Position numbers and translations under genes: made by a program | Notes under the pieces: generated by a model | Told to the model about the DNA's origin: nothing | The model's input: the letters and a program-made list of their open reading frames with translations, nothing else | The model's database searches: none | Shown here: positions 19,837-28,130 of the stretch, in pieces | How positions within the stretch are numbered: the stretch's first letter is position 1 | Layout of the letters: each line of letters opens with the position of its first letter | DNA from: Armatimonadia bacterium | GTDB taxonomy: Bacteria; Armatimonadota; Zipacnadia; Zipacnadales; UBA11051 | Assembly (NCBI GenBank): GCA_039683575.1 | Contig: JBDKRC010000176.1 | Location: 1-36,982, forward strand | DNA length: 36,982 bases | Direction of reading: 5' to 3'

Positions 19837-22131
19837 ATGCAGCGCCACATCCTCAGCGTCGCGTTCGGACTGCTTCTCGCCAGCGCGGCCTTCCCGCTGA
19901 CCCTCGCCGACAACGGCCGCGCGCTCGCTACCATCTGCCTGCCGGACAACCCCGCCCCCGCCGAACAGACCGCGGCGGACGAGCTCTGCGCGCACCTCGA
20001 GAAGATCACCGGCGCGCCGTTCAAGCTCGCAGAGCCCGGCCAGCCCGTCACTGGCCCCCGGATCATCCTCGGCAACAGCAAGGTCACCCAGTCCGTTCTC
20101 GGCAAACAGCTAGAGTCCCTCGCCCCCGACGCCTTCATCGTCAGAGTGTCGGGACAGAACCTGCTTCTCGTCGGTGGCACCCCCCGCGGCACCCTCTATG
20201 CGGTCTACTCCTTCCTCGAAGACGATCTCGGCTACCGCTGGCTGACCTGGTTCGGAACAGATAGCATACCGCAGCAAAAGCGCCTCGTAGTCGGCAACCT
20301 CAGCCGCGTCGAAAAGCCCGCCTTCGCCGTCCGTGACATGTGCGTCCAGGGAGGCGTCCCCGGCGCGCGCCGGCCCGACGTCGCCCGCTTCCTCGCCCGC
20401 AATCGCGATCAGGGCCCCGACTTCAACTTCCTCGGCGACGCCGCCCCTTACGGCGGCACCTCCCACCGCTACGGCCGCCCCCCCGGCATCTGGATGGTGC
20501 ACACCTTCTTCGGCTGGATGCCGCCCGACAAGTACTTCGCCGAGCACCCCGAGTACTACTCACTGATCCGCGGCGAGCGCCGCAAGTCACAGCTTTGCTT
20601 TACCAACCCCGGCCTGCGCCGCGAAATGACCGCCAACATCCTCAAGGGAATAGGGGAGACCGACCCGGAGGCCAACTACGCTGTCTCGGCCCAGGACGAT
20701 GTAGGGAAGCTGTGCGAATGCCCCGACTGCGAGGCCCTCGTCAAGCGCGAAGGCACCCCCGGCGCGCCCCTGTTCGACTATCTCGTCGAACTGGGCAACG
20801 CCGTGAAGGCCAGGTACCCGAAGGCCTTCATTACCACTCTCGCCTACCGCAAGGAGCAAACGGAGCCCCCGCCGCAGACCCTCAAGCTCCCCGACAATGT
20901 CGTCATCATCTTCGCGCCCATTGATGACAACTTCGCCCAGCCCATCGAGGACGAGAGCAACGCCGCCACGCTACGTAACATCAGCGAGTGGCCGAAGCAC
21001 ACGAGCCACCTCTGGGTGTGGTACTACCCGAACACCTACGGCGACACCCTCCCCCTCGGCAACCTCGATAAACTCGCAGCTGACTTCCGCCTCTTCAAGA
21101 AGGTCGGCGTCGGGGGCCTCTTCCCCGAGCACGACACGGCGGGCGTCTACCGCTCCCTCGGCCTCGCCGACCTGCAGAACTGGCTGCTGTTCAAGCTCAT
21201 GTGGAACCCCGACCAGGACCTGCAGAAGCTCATCACTGACTTCACCGACCGCTACTACGGCCCCGCCGCGCCGCTCATCCGCGAGTACTCGGCCCGTCTC
21301 GAAGCGGACACGCGCAAGATGCCGGAGCGCATGAGCTGGAATGCCCCCGCGGCCCAGTTCCGCCACCTCACGCCGGAGCTGATCCTGTGGTCAGAGCGCC
21401 TGTTCGACCGCGCCGAGGCCACAGTTGCCTCCGACCCCGTCATTCTCATGCGCGTCAAGCAAGCCCGTCTCGGCATGGACCTGGCCGCTCTCCTCAACTG
21501 GGACGCCGTCCGTCAGCAGCCCGACCACGGCCTCACTCGTGACGGCCTCATCAAACGCTACCGTGACACCTACATCGCCACAGTGCGGGCCAACATCGAC
21601 CCCAAGTACGTCGGCAATGAAGTACTCCAGTGGCACATGGCGGTCAAAGACGAACTGTCGCCCCTGCCCGCCCCGCTCGACCAGATTCCGGCCGCGCGCG
21701 TCCATCAGTTCACGCCCCAGGGCGCGCGCCTCCACGGCCGTGGCCGGCTCGTAGCCGACCCTGACGCCGCCGCGGGCATCGCCGCAGAACTCGACACCGA
21801 CGGCAAAGTCCCGGCCAACCTCGGCTTCTATGACGTGACCAAAAAGCGCCAGCAACACGCCTGGGTGGGCAAAGACGCCCCCCTCGTCACGGGCAAGTAC
21901 CAACTCATCCCTATCGGCCGCACCGCCCTCAACGAGCAGTGTTACGTCTGGTTCGACTGGACCTGGCTCATACAATTCGAGGCCATAGCCCAACTCTACG
22001 ACCGCGCGCACCCGGACAAACAGTGGGAGGTCTACGCTTCGGTCAAATACGACGGCCCCGGCTACGGCGGCACCGCCCCCAAGAACACCATCCGCGTAGA
22101 CCGGGTAATCGCCGTGGAATCCGCTGACTGA
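19837..22131 (+). CDS. Secreted DUF4838-domain protein (764 aa)
   Basis: Signal peptide; AADEL..HLEKITG; RGTLYAVYSFLE; HPEYYSL; QLCFTNP; CECPDC; TLAY; KLMWNP; YYGPAA. Confidence 0.85.
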   Translation: MQRHILSVAFGLLLASAAFPLTLADNGRALATICLPDNPAPAEQTAADELCAHLEKITGAPFKLAEPGQPVTGPRIILGNSKVTQSVLGKQLESLAPDAFIVRVSGQNLLLVGGTPRGTLYAVYSFLEDDLGYRWLTWFGTDSIPQQKRLVVGNLSRVEKPAFAVRDMCVQGGVPGARRPDVARFLARNRDQGPDFNFLGDAAPYGGTSHRYGRPPGIWMVHTFFGWMPPDKYFAEHPEYYSLIRGERRKSQLCFTNPGLRREMTANILKGIGETDPEANYAVSAQDDVGKLCECPDCEALVKREGTPGAPLFDYLVELGNAVKARYPKAFITTLAYRKEQTEPPPQTLKLPDNVVIIFAPIDDNFAQPIEDESNAATLRNISEWPKHTSHLWVWYYPNTYGDTLPLGNLDKLAADFRLFKKVGVGGLFPEHDTAGVYRSLGLADLQNWLLFKLMWNPDQDLQKLITDFTDRYYGPAAPLIREYSARLEADTRKMPERMSWNAPAAQFRHLTPELILWSERLFDRAEATVASDPVILMRVKQARLGMDLAALLNWDAVRQQPDHGLTRDGLIKRYRDTYIATVRANIDPKYVGNEVLQWHMAVKDELSPLPAPLDQIPAARVHQFTPQGARLHGRGRLVADPDAAAGIAAELDTDGKVPANLGFYDVTKKRQQHAWVGKDAPLVTGKYQLIPIGRTALNEQCYVWFDWTWLIQFEAIAQLYDRAHPDKQWEVYASVKYDGPGYGGTAPKNTIRVDRVIAVESAD

Positions 22132-22135
22132 TCAG

Positions 22136-22161
22136 GTAGAAGCGGTCACCAGACCGCGATC
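22136..22161 (+). repeat. Single REP-like element
   Basis: gtagaagcggtcaccagaccgcgatc, 25/26 identical to 34675-34700. Confidence 0.8.
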
Positions 22162-22203
22162 TTCTTCTGCCCATCAACCTCACTCGTAAGAGGACTACCA
22201 GAC

Positions 22204-23301
22204 CTGACCACTCGCGAACGCTTCGTCCGTACCCTCACCGGCCAGCCCGTTGACCGCGTCCCCTTCATGAAGGTCTTCGGCGGCGACAACGCCATCCTCG
22301 CTCAGTGGGAGCAGGAATACCCCAACCTGCACGAAGTCATCGACGACCTGCTCCAGTTCGAGGGCGGCTACCGCGGCTGGCGCACTACCCCCGTCAACAT
22401 GGACCCCTCGCAACTCGACCCGGTGCAGGTCATCGAGGAGACCTCTGAGCGTCTCGTGCAGCGCCGCGGCGACGGGACAGTCGAGATGATCCAGAAGATC
22501 GGCGACTACAACCGCCACGATGTCGATTGGCCGATCAAGACCATGGCCGACTGGCGTGAGTACAAAGCGAAGCACCTGCAGGCGGACGACCCCTCGCGCT
22601 TCCCGGCCAACTGGCCCGACCTCGTACGGGAGTACCAGAGCCGCGATTACCCGCTCCAGCTAACCCACCGCGGCGTCTACGGCTTTGCCCGCAATCGCAT
22701 GGGCGACGAGAACATGGCCTACGCCTTCTACGACCAGCCCGAACTCATGCACGACCTCATGGACTCCTACACCGACATGTGCCTGCAGGTCTGGGAGAAG
22801 ATGGTCGCCGAGGTGGACTTCGACCTCATCGAGTGCTGGGAAGACATGGCTTACCGCAGCGGCTCTCTGATCTCCCCCAGGACCTTCCGCGAGTTCATGA
22901 CCCCCAACTTCCGCCGCATACGGCAGTTCGCCGACGCCCACAACATCCCGATCATCCTCGTCGACTCCGACGGCTACATCGAGGACCTCTGCGAAGTCAT
23001 GCTCGAGTCCGGCGTCAACGCCATGTACCCCTTCGAGGTGCAGTCAAACAACGACGTCGCCCGCGTGCGCGAGCGCTTCCCCGAGATGGGCTGCGTCGGC
23101 GGCCTCAACAAGCAGGCCATGGCGGAGGGCAAGGACGCCATCGACCGCGAAATGGACCGTGCCCGCCGCCTCATCGAACTCGGCCGCTTCATCCCCGGCC
23201 CCGACCATTTCGTCCTCTCCGACGTCACCTTCGCCAGCTACCGCTACTTCATGGAAGAGCTGCGCGAGGTCGTCATGACCACTACCCCAAGGCAGGGCTG
23301 A
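22204..23301 (+). CDS. Uroporphyrinogen decarboxylase (UroD/MtaA-CmuA) family protein; start uncertain (CTG 22204 versus ATG 22267)
   Basis: EDMAY, LISP, DSDG, PFEV, GGLNK, FIPGPDH. The family-like N-terminus TTRERF...VDRVP lies upstream of the first ATG. Confidence 0.82.
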   Translation: MTTRERFVRTLTGQPVDRVPFMKVFGGDNAILAQWEQEYPNLHEVIDDLLQFEGGYRGWRTTPVNMDPSQLDPVQVIEETSERLVQRRGDGTVEMIQKIGDYNRHDVDWPIKTMADWREYKAKHLQADDPSRFPANWPDLVREYQSRDYPLQLTHRGVYGFARNRMGDENMAYAFYDQPELMHDLMDSYTDMCLQVWEKMVAEVDFDLIECWEDMAYRSGSLISPRTFREFMTPNFRRIRQFADAHNIPIILVDSDGYIEDLCEVMLESGVNAMYPFEVQSNNDVARVRERFPEMGCVGGLNKQAMAEGKDAIDREMDRARRLIELGRFIPGPDHFVLSDVTFASYRYFMEELREVVMTTTPRQG

Positions 23302-23304
23302 CCG

Positions 23305-24162
23305 ATGCCCGACACGCTATACGTGATGTGGACCATGGACTGCGAGGCCGTGCAGCCCGAGTCTATGGCGACCGGCGGCGTCGCTGACTGGGGCCTCAGC
23401 GAGCGCGCCATGCGCGGCTACGTCGAGGCCCTCTCCGCCCGTGGCCAGAAGGTCACGCTATTCCTCACTCCTCGCGTTGCCGAAAAGCAAGCGCCCGTCG
23501 TCCTCGACCTGATCGCCGCCGGAGCCGAACCGGGCCTGCACCTCCACCCCCAGACTATCGACTTCGGCTACACCCGGCACCTCGGCCAACTCCCCGCGCC
23601 CATCCAGCGCAACCTCCTGCGCGTCTCCCTCGACCGCGTCGAGCGCGCCATCGGCCGGCGGCCGACCAGCTTCCGCCCTGGCTGCCTCTCCGCCACGCGC
23701 GAGACCCTCGACCTTCTCGTCGAACTCGGCTTCACCCAGGGCAATCTCACTCTCCCCGGCCGCAACCTCCCCAACCTCGCCGCCCTCTGGGCCAACGCCG
23801 ATCCCTTCGCCAACCGCCCGCTCCCCGGCTTTCTGGAGCTACCGATCACCGTTCATCTCGACGACCTCAACTCGCAGGGCCACGCTGGCGACCCACGCCA
23901 CCTCCGCCTCGAGCGTGACGATATCACCGACTGGGCCTCCGACCTCATTCGCCGCTACCTCCAGCGGCAGATGGAGCTCGCCCTGCCGCTCAAGACCCTC
24001 CACGTCATGACCCACAACACGCGCGATTACGCCGCCCCGGCTGACCCCGGCCGCCAGAACCTCGAAGCCGTCGCCGACCTCATCACCGCCGCCGCTGCAG
24101 AAGTCGGCCTGCAGGTCCAGCCCCTAGCCATGCGCGACCTGGAAGACCGCTTCCCAGCCTGA
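23305..24162 (+). CDS. Polysaccharide deacetylase (CE4-like) protein (285 aa)
   Basis: TMDCE, TLF, GLHLH, SFRPG, ELP and terminal H motifs; starts 3 nt after the upstream stop. Confidence 0.78.
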   Translation: MPDTLYVMWTMDCEAVQPESMATGGVADWGLSERAMRGYVEALSARGQKVTLFLTPRVAEKQAPVVLDLIAAGAEPGLHLHPQTIDFGYTRHLGQLPAPIQRNLLRVSLDRVERAIGRRPTSFRPGCLSATRETLDLLVELGFTQGNLTLPGRNLPNLAALWANADPFANRPLPGFLELPITVHLDDLNSQGHAGDPRHLRLERDDITDWASDLIRRYLQRQMELALPLKTLHVMTHNTRDYAAPADPGRQNLEAVADLITAAAAEVGLQVQPLAMRDLEDRFPA

Positions 24163-24171
24163 CCGCCGCAC

Positions 24172-24208
24172 AAAAACGAAAAGACCATGGCTATCGCTAA
24201 CCATGGCC
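24172..24208 (-). terminator. Intrinsic terminator of the ECF operon
   Basis: Minus strand GGCCAUGGUUA-GCGA-UAGCCAUGGUC followed by UUUUCGUUUUU. Confidence 0.85.
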
Positions 24209-24231
24209 TCAGAGAAACGCGCAAACGTGAT

Positions 24232-25377
24232 CTAGAACCGCAACGTCGGCTTCGAGCCTGCCGGAAAGGGTATGCTGTCCATAACCTTCTGAAGCTGCGG
24301 TGGCTCCAGGTCCCCCGTCACGATCACCATCCGGTCCCCTCGCCGCTCCCGCACCACATGGCCCCGCAACCCGCTGCGCCACATGCCCTGTCCCCGCCCC
24401 GCGGCTCTTTCGCCCTGCTGTCTGCCACTGAAGCGCTGCCAGAACCCGCCGTTCCGCTGCCCCTCCTGCCGCTTCTCTTGCCCCTCCTGCCATTGTTGCC
24501 GCCTCTGCTCCCACTGCCCGCCCGTCTGCCCCTGCTGCCACTTCCGCCGCTCTTCCGCGCTCGGGCGCTTCACTTGCACGATCGACAGTGACCGCAGGCC
24601 GTCGGAATAGCGCATTTCCGCCAGCGTCCGCCGCGGCGTATCATGCCTGAACATCCCTCGAAGCTGGAAGCCCTCCGGCACGTAACCCGGCTTCAGCAGC
24701 GGCCCTCCCAGTATCTTCACCAGGTCCTGCTCGCCTACGCTTCGCCTCATCCCGCCGTCATGCCGCCGCTCCGTTGCCACCTTCGGCACCGGCAGCGGCT
24801 TGGGCGCCGTCGCCGAGTAGTTGACCGACTCATAGATCGATTCCGACACCAACTGCCCCCGCGCATCATACCGGCTCAGCCGCAACGGGTAATGTGTCTC
24901 ACGATCAACCGCAATCTCCACCCGCGCCCGGCCACCATCCGGCGCCTCCACCTTGTAGCTATCCACTTGCCTGCCCGCCACCCGCCCGCCGCCGGTGCGT
25001 ATCACCTTCAGGTTCGGCCGCATCGGCAGTCCTCCGCCGCCCGGCTCCACCCCATATTCCCACGTCTGCGGCTTGCCATCCGGACCCACCCGCCACACCA
25101 TTCCATTCTGCTCGATGATCTTCCAGTTGGCAAATCGCCCGCTCTCATACTGCAAGTGCACGATCCCCGGCGCCCGCTTGATGTCGGCCTCCGCCTTCAC
25201 CAGCTTGTCGCGCACGCGTATGGAAATCGCCACCTTGCCCTCAAGCGTCGCCCTCTGCCGTGCCTGCCGCACCCCCATCAGCACCTCTCGCGACTGCTCA
25301 GGCGTGAGTCTGCGTCCGCACCCAAAGATGGTACAGGTCGCCAGCACAGCCAATAGCAGCGCGGTCCGCCTGTACAC
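24232..25377 (-). CDS. RseB/MucB-like (LolA-fold) lipoprotein (381 aa)
   Basis: Lipobox-like IFGC; VAGR, VDRETHYPLR, PGYVPEGF and YSDGLRSLSI motifs; GTG start abuts the anti-sigma stop. Confidence 0.75.
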   Translation of the reverse strand: MYRRTALLLAVLATCTIFGCGRRLTPEQSREVLMGVRQARQRATLEGKVAISIRVRDKLVKAEADIKRAPGIVHLQYESGRFANWKIIEQNGMVWRVGPDGKPQTWEYGVEPGGGGLPMRPNLKVIRTGGGRVAGRQVDSYKVEAPDGGRARVEIAVDRETHYPLRLSRYDARGQLVSESIYESVNYSATAPKPLPVPKVATERRHDGGMRRSVGEQDLVKILGGPLLKPGYVPEGFQLRGMFRHDTPRRTLAEMRYSDGLRSLSIVQVKRPSAEERRKWQQGQTGGQWEQRRQQWQEGQEKRQEGQRNGGFWQRFSGRQQGERAAGRGQGMWRSGLRGHVVRERRGDRMVIVTGDLEPPQLQKVMDSIPFPAGSKPTLRF

Positions 25378-25857
25378 CTAGTACACAGCCTCCTCAATCC
25401 GGGGGTGGTCCTGTTCCATCTCCAGCATCGCCAGCCCCAGTGCCGCCTTGTCCGCCAGCGGGCTTCCCCAGTCCGCCGCAAGCTGCACCTGGGCATACCC
25501 GTCATCAGCCACCGGCAGCGCCCCGCCGCCATTGAGAAGCGGGACCACGAGGCTCATGGTGACTACCAGCAGCAGCAATACCGCCGCCGCCGCCGGCACC
25601 CAGTACCGCGCGGGTACATGATGATGCTGCTTTCGCGGGGTCAGCCGCGCCTGTACGTGCTGCCAAGTCTCCCGCGGCGCGTCCGCAACCGGCATCGGCC
25701 GCAAAAGCTCGGCCGTCCGCCGCAGCGCCGCCAGTTCCTCACGGCAACACACGCACTCGCGCAGATGCTGCTCCAGCGCAGCGCGCTCCGGCGCCTTCAG
25801 CAGGCCCACCTGGTAGTCGCTAAGTTTCCGACAGTATCGGCATTTCATCTTTCTCAC
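25378..25857 (-). CDS. Zinc-binding (zf-HC2/ZAS) membrane anti-sigma factor (159 aa)
   Basis: HLRECVCC (HxxxCxxC); one TM helix; follows the ECF sigma gene. Confidence 0.88.
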   Translation of the reverse strand: MRKMKCRYCRKLSDYQVGLLKAPERAALEQHLRECVCCREELAALRRTAELLRPMPVADAPRETWQHVQARLTPRKQHHHVPARYWVPAAAAVLLLLVVTMSLVVPLLNGGGALPVADDGYAQVQLAADWGSPLADKAALGLAMLEMEQDHPRIEEAVY

Positions 25858-25920
25858 ATGCCCTTTGGGCGTGCTCCACTCCCCGCAATACGGGCACCCG
25901 CCCGTCTGTTTCTACATTGC

Positions 25921-25943
25921 GTAGGACGGGCGTCTCGCCCGTC
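25921..25943 (+). repeat. REP-like element between sigma and anti-sigma genes
   Basis: gtaggacgggcgtctcgcccgtc; a degenerate copy lies near 25890-25905. Confidence 0.8.
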
Positions 25944-25953
25944 TTCTCAGCCC

Positions 25954-26511
25954 TCACGCATACGGCCCCAGCCGTCTCCGTAACGCCTCTCGCCCCCGCG
26001 ATAGCCGCGACAACACCGTCCCCAGCGGGACCTTCAACTGTACGGCTATCTCAGCCACCGGTATATCCTCAAAATGGTGCATGACCACCACTACCCGTTG
26101 CGGCTCCGGCAACCTCGCCACTGCCTCGCGTATCACGATCTGATGCTGGCGCAGCGCCAGTTGCTCCTCTGGTCCTGGCCCCTCATCCGCCGTCTCTCGC
26201 TCCCGCCCATCCTCACTCGAACTGTCCGTCACGGTCACTTCCGGCTTCCGCCGCCGCCCGTGATCCCGGACCAGGTTCGTCGCTATGATACGTAGCCAGC
26301 CGCCGAAAGCCTGTTCCGCCCGCAGGCGCGGCAACGCATGCCACGCCTTGACGAAGGTTTCCTGCGTGAGATCAGCGGCTGCCTCCTCATCACTGGTCAG
26401 GTGTCTGATGAGGCTGAAGATGGTGCGCTGGTAGCGGGTGTACAGTAGGGCGTAAGCCTGCTGATCTCCCTGCTTGGCCCGCTCAACCAGCAGAGCATCC
26501 GGAGTCATCAT
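25954..26511 (-). CDS. ECF RNA polymerase sigma-70 factor (185 aa)
   Basis: AADLTQETFVKAW, FGGWLRIIATN, EIAVQLKVPLGTVLSRLSRGR. Confidence 0.95.
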   Translation of the reverse strand: MMTPDALLVERAKQGDQQAYALLYTRYQRTIFSLIRHLTSDEEAAADLTQETFVKAWHALPRLRAEQAFGGWLRIIATNLVRDHGRRRKPEVTVTDSSSEDGRERETADEGPGPEEQLALRQHQIVIREAVARLPEPQRVVVVMHHFEDIPVAEIAVQLKVPLGTVLSRLSRGREALRRRLGPYA

Positions 26512-26531
26512 CAGCGAATTCCATTGATGAA

Positions 26532-26559
26532 TAGACGTTTCGACCTGGACTCATATTCC
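26532..26559 (-). promoter_or_regulatory. Putative autoregulatory ECF promoter GGAAT-N17-CGTCTA
   Basis: Minus strand ggaat atgagtccaggtcgaaa cgtcta, 20 nt upstream of the sigma start. Confidence 0.6.
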
Positions 26560-26659
26560 CTCGCCAGGCCCACAGACCTGCTCCCAACCCCGTCGCCGCC
26601 CCGAGGGCCCGCCGCGCCCAGCCCTGCCGTGCCACCCGCCCAGGGTTGCCTGGTGCCCA

Positions 26660-26696
26660 CAAACGACAGCGGCGAGCCCACCTGGGGCTCGCCGCT
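26660..26696 (-). terminator. Terminator-like hairpin after the DUF4340 gene
   Basis: 12-bp stem agcggcgagccc/gggctcgccgct followed by GUCGUUUG on the minus strand. Confidence 0.65.
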
Positions 26697-26718
26697 TAGC
26701 TCTCAGTCTCTCGCAACC

Positions 26719-28125
26719 TTAGCTCGCCGGTGGCGTCGGCATCGCCGGAGTGACCGGCGCCGCCCCACCCGCTGGCTTGGCTTCCTTCAGTTCTTCGACC
26801 TTCTTGGGCAGGTCTTGCAGCAGCATATCGGCGATCACATAGACCTGGTTGCCCTGTGAGGTCCGGGCATAGTACGCGCCCTCGGCCTTCTTGTACCCGA
26901 CGAAGACCTTGATCGGCTCCTTCTGCCCCTTCACCGTCAGGGTGAAGATCGTCTCGGGAATCGACAGCCCGTACGGCGACAGTTCCTTCTGCTCGCCCAG
27001 GAACTCCTTCGCCTCGAGCTCATTGAGGTCCCAGAGCAGGTCGTTGATCTTGTTGTTCTCGGCGGGTGCCGTAATCGGCGTCGCCAGAGCCCAGCGGTCT
27101 GGACCGGTGCGCCGCGCCGTGAATGACACGCCCTGCTTGCGCTCCACGCGGATCTCGCTCACGTCGTTCTTCTCAAACTCGAGCATTCGCTTGTCGCGCA
27201 AGTCCATGTCCGTCTTCTGCAGATCCGCCATGTTCGAGTACGCGACCAGCAGCACTTCCGGCCGCCCCTCGACCTGCACGTAGTTGATCTCCTTGGTCGC
27301 GTCGCCAGGCTGCTGGCCCTTCGCGCCGAAGTTCACGATCGACTGCTTGCCATCCTTGGTCCGCAGCGTCGCCTTCAGCACCGGCTTCTCCAGCCCGTAG
27401 CTCTGCCCCGCGGCAGGCTTCTCAGGCGCGAAGTCGTCGGCCTTCATGTCGGCCAGCTTATCCACGACCTGCTTCACGCTCCACTCGTCCGCCTTCGCCT
27501 CATACGGGGCCGTCAGCAGCCACTGGGGCTTCTCAGCAGTCCCGCGCTTCTCCAGCGTCAGCGCCCGGTCGGGGTACTGCAGCGTGACCGCCACCACGTC
27601 TTCCTTCTTCAGGTGCGTGAGCGCCTTGTCCCGTAGGCTGTCCGTGGGCTGCGTCAGGTCGGTATACAGGCTCGTCGGTACGAAGTACAGCTTGTTCCGC
27701 GCATCGATCCGGGCGTAGTACTCCGACCCGCCCGTGAGCTGCGCACCAAAGTAGATGACAGACTGCTTTCCACCATGCGTCAGCGTCGCTGTCAGGCCCG
27801 GCTTGTCCAGGCCATACTTCGGGTCGGCCGGGTTCTCCTTGCGACTGCCGGTGGGCTTAAGCTGCGCCATTGCATTGATCATGCGCTCAGCCGCATCCTT
27901 GTCCGCCCAGCCCCGTACCGGCTCCGTAATCCACCACTGATCCCCGGCCTTCTCGAGCGTCAGGGACGTCGTCAGGCTCTTTACCTGCAGCTTCGTCGCT
28001 GTCTTGGCATCGATCCCGAACGCCTCGCCCTTCTCAACCTTCCGCCCTCGCTCCTGGGTCAGAACCCATCCGAGCAACACCAGGAATATGAGGCCGGTGA
28101 CGATTAGTCTGGAGTGCCGCTTCAT
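26719..28125 (-). CDS. DUF4340-domain protein with three internal repeats (468 aa)
   Basis: Start ATG 28125; N-terminal TM; three W..T.P...AD/E...YGL..P units; lies after the gldG-like gene. Confidence 0.85.
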   Translation of the reverse strand: MKRHSRLIVTGLIFLVLLGWVLTQERGRKVEKGEAFGIDAKTATKLQVKSLTTSLTLEKAGDQWWITEPVRGWADKDAAERMINAMAQLKPTGSRKENPADPKYGLDKPGLTATLTHGGKQSVIYFGAQLTGGSEYYARIDARNKLYFVPTSLYTDLTQPTDSLRDKALTHLKKEDVVAVTLQYPDRALTLEKRGTAEKPQWLLTAPYEAKADEWSVKQVVDKLADMKADDFAPEKPAAGQSYGLEKPVLKATLRTKDGKQSIVNFGAKGQQPGDATKEINYVQVEGRPEVLLVAYSNMADLQKTDMDLRDKRMLEFEKNDVSEIRVERKQGVSFTARRTGPDRWALATPITAPAENNKINDLLWDLNELEAKEFLGEQKELSPYGLSIPETIFTLTVKGQKEPIKVFVGYKKAEGAYYARTSQGNQVYVIADMLLQDLPKKVEELKEAKPAGGAAPVTPAMPTPPAS

Positions 28126-28130
28126 CTTGC

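Noticed and set aside
22129-22266. Selenocysteine or readthrough fusion of DUF4838 and the UroD-family gene (in-frame TGA, hairpin, 45 open codons)
   Set aside because: The hairpin is a REP copy also found at 34675, the downstream gene has its own SD, and fusing a secreted protein to a cytoplasmic enzyme is implausible.
22204-23301. Calling this gene hemE
   Set aside because: It resembles the broad UroD/MtaA-like paralog family; HemE-specific motifs such as RQAGR are absent and no heme genes are nearby.
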